DNA of 64,000 nucleotides from an uncultured Methanosarcinales archaeon (GTDB taxonomy: Archaea > Nanobdellota > Nanobdellia > Woesearchaeales > GW2011-AR4). Both the position numbers and the translations under genes were made by a program. Under the pieces are notes generated by a model that was given only the letters and a program-made list of their open reading frames with translations, was not told the DNA's origin and made no database searches. Shown here piece after piece: positions 59,626 to 64,000 of this stretch (its first letter is position 1; the number at the start of each line of letters is the position of its first letter). The stretch is from positions 8,538 through 72,537 of the forward strand of contig CAYXZV010000003.1 of NCBI GenBank assembly GCA_964469645.1, in the 5' to 3' direction.

Positions 59626-60360
59626 ATGTTAAAAGGAAAAACTGCATTAGTTACAGGAGCCTCAAGAGGCATAGGTAATGCAATTGCCCTAGCATTAGCT
59701 AAAGAGGGCGCAAATGTTATTATTAATTATTCCAGTAATAGTAAAAAAGCAGAAGAGCTAGCTGGAAAAATTAACAAACTGGGTTCTAAGGCTATTACAT
59801 TAAAAGCTGATGTCTCGGATTTTGATGAAGTCGGGAGAATGGTAGATGATATCAAAAAAGTCTTCAATAAGGTTGACATACTTGTCAACAATGCAGGTAT
59901 TGTCAGGGACAGGACATTAAACAATATGACTATAGATGAATGGAATAGTGTAATAAATACCAACTTAAATGGTATTTTTAATGTGACTAAACAAGTCTTG
60001 CCTTTGATAGGGAACGGAGGAAGAATCATCAATATATCCTCCATTATAGCTCAATATGGTAACTTTGGACAGTGCAATTATGCAGCTGCAAAAGCCGGCA
60101 TTATTGGTTTCACAAAATCCTTGGCAAAGGAATTAGGCAAGAAAGGCGTAACTGTAAATGCCGTTGCTCCAGGATTCGTAAAAACAGATATTACAAAAGA
60201 TATACCCTTCTTTAAGAGGAAAATACTAAAGTACATGATACCTTTAAAGGATGAAGGCCAACCAGAGGACATAGCAAATGCTGTTGTATTTCTAGCCTCA
60301 GAAAAATCGAGATACATAACTGGCTCAGTAATAAATGTTGATGGCGGGCTTGCTTTCTGA
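59626..60360 (+). CDS. fabG: 3-oxoacyl reductase (FabG/PhaB-type SDR)
   Basis: TGASRGIG, LVNNAGIVRD, NISS, GNFGQCNYAAAKAG, VAPGFV; start ATG 59626. Confidence 0.88.
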   Translation: MLKGKTALVTGASRGIGNAIALALAKEGANVIINYSSNSKKAEELAGKINKLGSKAITLKADVSDFDEVGRMVDDIKKVFNKVDILVNNAGIVRDRTLNNMTIDEWNSVINTNLNGIFNVTKQVLPLIGNGGRIINISSIIAQYGNFGQCNYAAAKAGIIGFTKSLAKELGKKGVTVNAVAPGFVKTDITKDIPFFKRKILKYMIPLKDEGQPEDIANAVVFLASEKSRYITGSVINVDGGLAF

Positions 60361-60478
60361 TTTTGTACGTTCCCGTACAACAGGGTATTGGGATGCTTTC
60401 AGCATCCGAGACTGATGTCTCGGGTGATTGAGCGTAGCGAACATCACCCTATACGCTAGTGTGCAGGCATGCACAAAA
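60361..60478. other. GC-rich multi-hairpin element (structured ncRNA or MITE/REP-like)
   Basis: Stems TTGTACG/CGTACAA, GGATGCT/AGCATCC, CCGAGAC/GTCTCGG, GGGTGAT/ATCACCC, TGTGCA/TGCACA; ends TTTTGT...ACAAAA. Confidence 0.65.
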
Positions 60479-60573
60479 ACCATTAGATTTATATATGACT
60501 CCCGCATCCTCAGGGGTGAGTTTTCTTAGGAATTTCTTAAGAAACTTAACAAATATATGAGGTAAAAATAAAT

Positions 60574-60930
60574 ATGTACAACCAAGATAGAAACTTTGGG
60601 CAAAGTAACGCTCCAGTTAATGTTGGAGATGAGATAGACGTAAAAATAGAGGCTGTGGGTGAAAAAGGAGACGGTATTGCAAAGAAAGACGGCTTTGTTT
60701 TATTTGTCCCAAACACAAAAGAAGGGCAGGATGTGAAGATAAGGGTGACAAAAGTCCTGCGAAAAGTGGGCTTTGCAGAAGTTGTTGGTGAAGCTGAAGC
60801 AACTCCTCAACAAGAAAGCGCGCCGGCAGAATCAAGTTCTGAACCAGCACAGGAATCAGAGCAACCTGCAGTTGAAGAACCCCAAGTAGAAGATAGCGAA
60901 GATTTCGGGGAAGAAGAAAAGAAAGAGTAA
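60574..60930 (+). CDS. Single-TRAM-domain RNA-binding protein with acidic tail
   Basis: PVNVGDEIDVKIEAVGEKGDGIAK..GFVLFVP...VKIRVTKV; GAGGT SD upstream; TATA at about 60488. Confidence 0.92.
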   Translation: MYNQDRNFGQSNAPVNVGDEIDVKIEAVGEKGDGIAKKDGFVLFVPNTKEGQDVKIRVTKVLRKVGFAEVVGEAEATPQQESAPAESSSEPAQESEQPAVEEPQVEDSEDFGEEEKKE

Positions 60931-60990
60931 ATTTACTTCTTTTTGTTTTTTTAAATTAGTTTTAAATAGTTGTAAGTATAAATTATCACA

Positions 60991-61527
60991 ATGAGATTGT
61001 TCATAGCTATTGAAATCCCTGAAGATATAAAAGAATATATGGTTGAAGTACAAAGAAACATAGATAACAATCAAAATAAGGTCAGATTTGTTAATAAGGA
61101 CAGAATTCACTTGACACTAAAATTTCTTGGAGAAGTACAACTCAATGATTTAGAAAACATCAAAACCAACCTTAAAAAGATAACCTTTAGTCCTTTCTCA
61201 GTTAATTTAGAGAAAATTGGTGTTTTCCCAGATGAAAACTACATAAAAGTAATTTGGATTGGTTTAAAGCCAGAAGAACCTATATTGAAGCTACAAAAGG
61301 ATATTGACGAAAAGCTTGAAGAATTTTTCAAGAAAGAAAAAGACTTCAGACCACACTTAACTTTAGCAAGGGTAAAATACATAGAAGACAAAGAAAATTT
61401 TGTCAACAAATTAAAAAATATGAAAATCGAAAATAAAAAAATAAACATAACCAATTTCAAACTGGTAAAAAGCACTTTGACTCCAGAAGGTCCTGTTTAT
61501 GAGGATCTGGAAGTGTTTGGGAAATAA
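60991..61527 (+). CDS. thpR: RNA 2',3'-cyclic phosphodiesterase (2H family)
   Basis: MRLFIAI, HLTLKFLG, PHLTLAR, STLTPEGPVY. Confidence 0.93.
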   Translation: MRLFIAIEIPEDIKEYMVEVQRNIDNNQNKVRFVNKDRIHLTLKFLGEVQLNDLENIKTNLKKITFSPFSVNLEKIGVFPDENYIKVIWIGLKPEEPILKLQKDIDEKLEEFFKKEKDFRPHLTLARVKYIEDKENFVNKLKNMKIENKKINITNFKLVKSTLTPEGPVYEDLEVFGK

Positions 61528-61628
61528 GGAAACCTTTTTAAATTAAGATTATTTCCCATCCAATATTACCAAATCGCTGCATGAGGTAATAAAAACTGCA
61601 GTTCAATTCTGAACTTGCATTATATCCA

Positions 61629-62228
61629 ATGGTTGAAGAAAAATTTTTAGTACCGACAGACGAATATCTAAAGTCCGGGATACATATAGGTACAAAGTTC
61701 AAGACAAGGTACATGGAAAAATTCATCTACAAAACAAGGCCTGATGGGTTGTCAGTTCTTAACTTACAGAAAATAGATGAAAGAATAGGCATAGCTGCGA
61801 AATTTATGGCGCAATATGCTCCAGAAGATATGTTGGTCGTAGGGAGAAGAGAAAGTGCATGGAAACCGATAAAGATGTTTGGTAATCTTACCGGAACAAA
61901 AGTTTTTGCTGGTAGATATCCTCCAGGAATTCTAACCAATCCAAATCTTGATGAATACATAGAAGTTAAAGTGGTTTTGATCGTTGATGCAGGCCCCGAT
62001 AAGAATGTCGTTGAAGATGCAATAAAAGTAGGGATTCCGGTAGTGGCATTATGTGATACAAACAACCAGTCCAATAATATAGATCTTGTTGTTCCTAGCA
62101 ACAATAAAGGCAAGAAAAGCCTTGGGTTGTTTTTCTGGATTCTTACAAGGGAATACTTAAGGGCCCGTGGTGTTTTAAAGAAAAATGAAGATCTTAAGGA
62201 AAAGGTAGAGGACTTTACAGAAGAGTGA
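61629..62228 (+). CDS. rps2: 30S ribosomal protein S2 (archaeal uS2)
   Basis: YLKSGIHIGT, RPDGL, GRYPPGILTN, IPVVALCDTNN, PSNNKG. Confidence 0.95.
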   Translation: MVEEKFLVPTDEYLKSGIHIGTKFKTRYMEKFIYKTRPDGLSVLNLQKIDERIGIAAKFMAQYAPEDMLVVGRRESAWKPIKMFGNLTGTKVFAGRYPPGILTNPNLDEYIEVKVVLIVDAGPDKNVVEDAIKVGIPVVALCDTNNQSNNIDLVVPSNNKGKKSLGLFFWILTREYLRARGVLKKNEDLKEKVEDFTEE

Positions 62229-62249
62229 ATGCTCTAGATATTTCTTTAT

Positions 62250-63242
62250 TTAAACCATATTAAGGAGTTGATCTATTGCTTTTCTAAGGTCAACACCTTC
62301 ATAAAGCACCCCATATGCCTGAGAAATTAAAGGTATGTTTATTCCTTTTTTCATACAAATTTCATAAATTATTTTTGTGCTATTTATCCCTTCAGCCACC
62401 ATCCCATGCATTTCTTTTTTTATTTGATCTGTAGTTTTTCCACTTGCAAGCATCTCTCCAAAAAGCCTGTTTCTACTGTGATGGCTGTAACATGTAACAG
62501 CAAGATCACCAACTCCTGCAAGACCATAACAGGTAGCCTTTTTTGCTCCGAATTGTTTTGATATACTGCTTATTTCAGATAGGCCTAATGTAATTATGCT
62601 CGCTTTGGCATTATCCCCTAAATGTAGGCCATCACACACCCCTATTGCTAAGGCCACTATATTTTTTACAACGCCGCATATCTCTACCCCAGCCACATCA
62701 TCATGAGGGTATGATTTAAAATTAGTTGTACTGAAAATTTTGCACAGGGATTCTCTCACATCCTTGTGTTCTGAAGCTATAACTGTTGCTGTAGGCAACT
62801 TCTTTGAGACTTCTTCTGAATGGTTTGGTCCGGACAGGACAGCAATTTTTGCTTCTTTTGATAATTCTTCTTTCAGAACCTCAGATATTCTCTTCCCGGT
62901 AGACATTTCCATGCCTTTCACAGCATGAACAACAATAGCATCTTTATCTATAAGCTCAGAAAATGATTTTGCCACACCCCTAAGAAAAGGTGAAGGAACA
63001 ACGAAAATGATTATATTGCTGTCTTTAACAGAATCCTCTATCGAATTTGTTGCTATTACTGTTTTTGGTATTTCAACATTTTTTAGATATTTCTTATTTT
63101 CCCTTGTTTCATTTATTTCTTCAACGAGTTCCTTTCTTCTCGCCCATAAATGTACATCGTATCCTTTTCCCCCGAGCAATACAGCTAACGTAGTCCCCCA
63201 ACTTCCAGCTCCAATAACACTTATCTTCTTAGTCTCATTCAT
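62250..63242 (-). CDS. gpsA: NAD(P)H-dependent glycerol-3-phosphate dehydrogenase, bacterial type
   Basis: GAGSWGT, VVPS, KG, LSGPNHSEEV, GVEICGVVKN, GDNAKA, GLAGVGDLAVTC.S.HSRNR, VAEG. Confidence 0.95.
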   Translation of the reverse strand: MNETKKISVIGAGSWGTTLAVLLGGKGYDVHLWARRKELVEEINETRENKKYLKNVEIPKTVIATNSIEDSVKDSNIIIFVVPSPFLRGVAKSFSELIDKDAIVVHAVKGMEMSTGKRISEVLKEELSKEAKIAVLSGPNHSEEVSKKLPTATVIASEHKDVRESLCKIFSTTNFKSYPHDDVAGVEICGVVKNIVALAIGVCDGLHLGDNAKASIITLGLSEISSISKQFGAKKATCYGLAGVGDLAVTCYSHHSRNRLFGEMLASGKTTDQIKKEMHGMVAEGINSTKIIYEICMKKGINIPLISQAYGVLYEGVDLRKAIDQLLNMV

Positions 63243-63243
63243 T

Positions 63244-63900
63244 TTAAAAATTGTATTTTTGATTCGACAATCTTGCTATTTCCTTCATTAGATCATTAGT
63301 TATCTTTCTTAATAAACTTCTAGTCACCTTCTTACCATAATACTCATCGAAATACATTAACTTGCCAATATTCATTGTTGCCTTTTTTAACTTTGGAATT
63401 TTTTTCCCTTTTGGTAATATCTTAAAGGTTCCTATAAAACCTATAGGCAGTACTGGAACTTTAGCAGCTAATGCGAGTCTTGCTGTTCCGGTTTTTCCTT
63501 CTTGGATTTTCCTTGTTAATGTTCTTGTGCCTTCCGGATAAATAAGGACAATAGCTCCTTTTCTTAGGTAAGAGAGGGCCGAATTTAAGGCTTCCTCTCC
63601 TTTATCTCTGTCTATAGGGATAAATGTTATGTATTTTGTCCACAGACTATGCCACGTGCTCTGAGTTAGAGTCTCAAAGTGTTCTTTTTTGGCGATAAAA
63701 TGTATTTTTCTGTTGATATGGGGTATAACTACACAACTCACAATGACATGGTCCATGTAACTGGAATGATTTGGGACTATTATGAATGGTTTATCGTTTT
63801 TCGGTAGATTTTCTAGTCCTGTAACTTCCTTGATCCATACAAGTTTAACAAATGGGGGTATTATGTGCCTAACTATTGGCGCAATCTTTCGTCTTTTCAT
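63244..63900 (-). CDS. plsC: 1-acyl-glycerol-3-phosphate acyltransferase (PlsC family)
   Basis: NHSSYMD (HX4D), FIAKKE, PIDR, IYPEGTR, GTARLA. Confidence 0.9.
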   Translation of the reverse strand: MKRRKIAPIVRHIIPPFVKLVWIKEVTGLENLPKNDKPFIIVPNHSSYMDHVIVSCVVIPHINRKIHFIAKKEHFETLTQSTWHSLWTKYITFIPIDRDKGEEALNSALSYLRKGAIVLIYPEGTRTLTRKIQEGKTGTARLALAAKVPVLPIGFIGTFKILPKGKKIPKLKKATMNIGKLMYFDEYYGKKVTRSLLRKITNDLMKEIARLSNQKYNF

Positions 63901-63904
63901 CTTT

Positions 63905-64000
63905 CTAGTAATTGTACTTCTGCCCTATCAGCCCAGCTATTCTTCTCATTATTAGTCTTGTAGCTTTCTTAAGGGATTTATTATTTATTTCTTTGATATT
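63905..64000 (-). CDS. C-terminal end of a probable second PlsC-family acyltransferase (5' part outside the window)
   Basis: Manual translation NIKEINNKSLKKATRLIMRRIAGLIGQKYNY* parallels the adjacent PlsC ending KVTRSLLRKITNDLMKEIARLSNQKYNF. Confidence 0.65.
   Translation of the reverse strand, partial: NIKEINNKSLKKATRLIMRRIAGLIGQKYNY

Noticed and set aside
60325..60507. 60-aa minus-strand ORF, or a tRNA, over the hairpin element
   Set aside because: Overlaps the fabG end; no D-loop/TpsiC consensus or acceptor stem; better explained as a structured non-coding element
1..64000. CRISPR array, integrase, transposase or prophage genes
   Set aside because: No regularly spaced repeats and no recombinase, transposase or virion motifs seen in the ORFs
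1..64000. Numerous 60-160 aa antisense or nested ORFs in the track
   Set aside because: They lie opposite or inside well-supported genes and lack motifs

Overview
AT-rich archaeal chromosome segment, most like a DPANN/Woesearchaeota-type genome: radB, MBF1, AK6-type adenylate kinase, archaeal uS2, a single-TRAM protein, an unlinked 5S rRNA, and BRE/TATA promoters ahead of short-leader genes. The taxon is inferred. (1) 1-32.5 kb is a cell-surface glycosylation island. It holds two sulfatase-like genes; an unusual operon (CDP-alcohol phosphotransferase, two paralogous Pol-beta-like nucleotidyltransferases, HIT-like protein, PHP phosphatase, APS kinase) with no ATP sulfurylase in view; a heptose/higher-sugar block; a carbamoyltransferase/SxtJ/SxtK/SGNH block; and NDP-sugar genes. 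Two of these blocks are each bracketed by a decayed direct duplication of the promoter plus first codons of the gene that follows the block. (2) 32.5-39.7 kb holds the 5S rRNA and housekeeping genes. (3) 39.7-64 kb is an acyl-CoA/lipid region: biotin-dependent carboxylase subunits, BirA, BioY-ECF, FabZ, FabG, two thiolases flanking a DUF35-DUF362 fusion, crotonase, thioesterase, LpdA, and bacterial-type GpsA with two PlsC-like acyltransferases. Together these suggest ACP-independent fatty-acid and glycerol-3-phosphate ester-lipid capacity in an archaeon. A GC-rich multi-hairpin element lies at 60361-60478. All calls come from reading motifs by eye; no searches were run.
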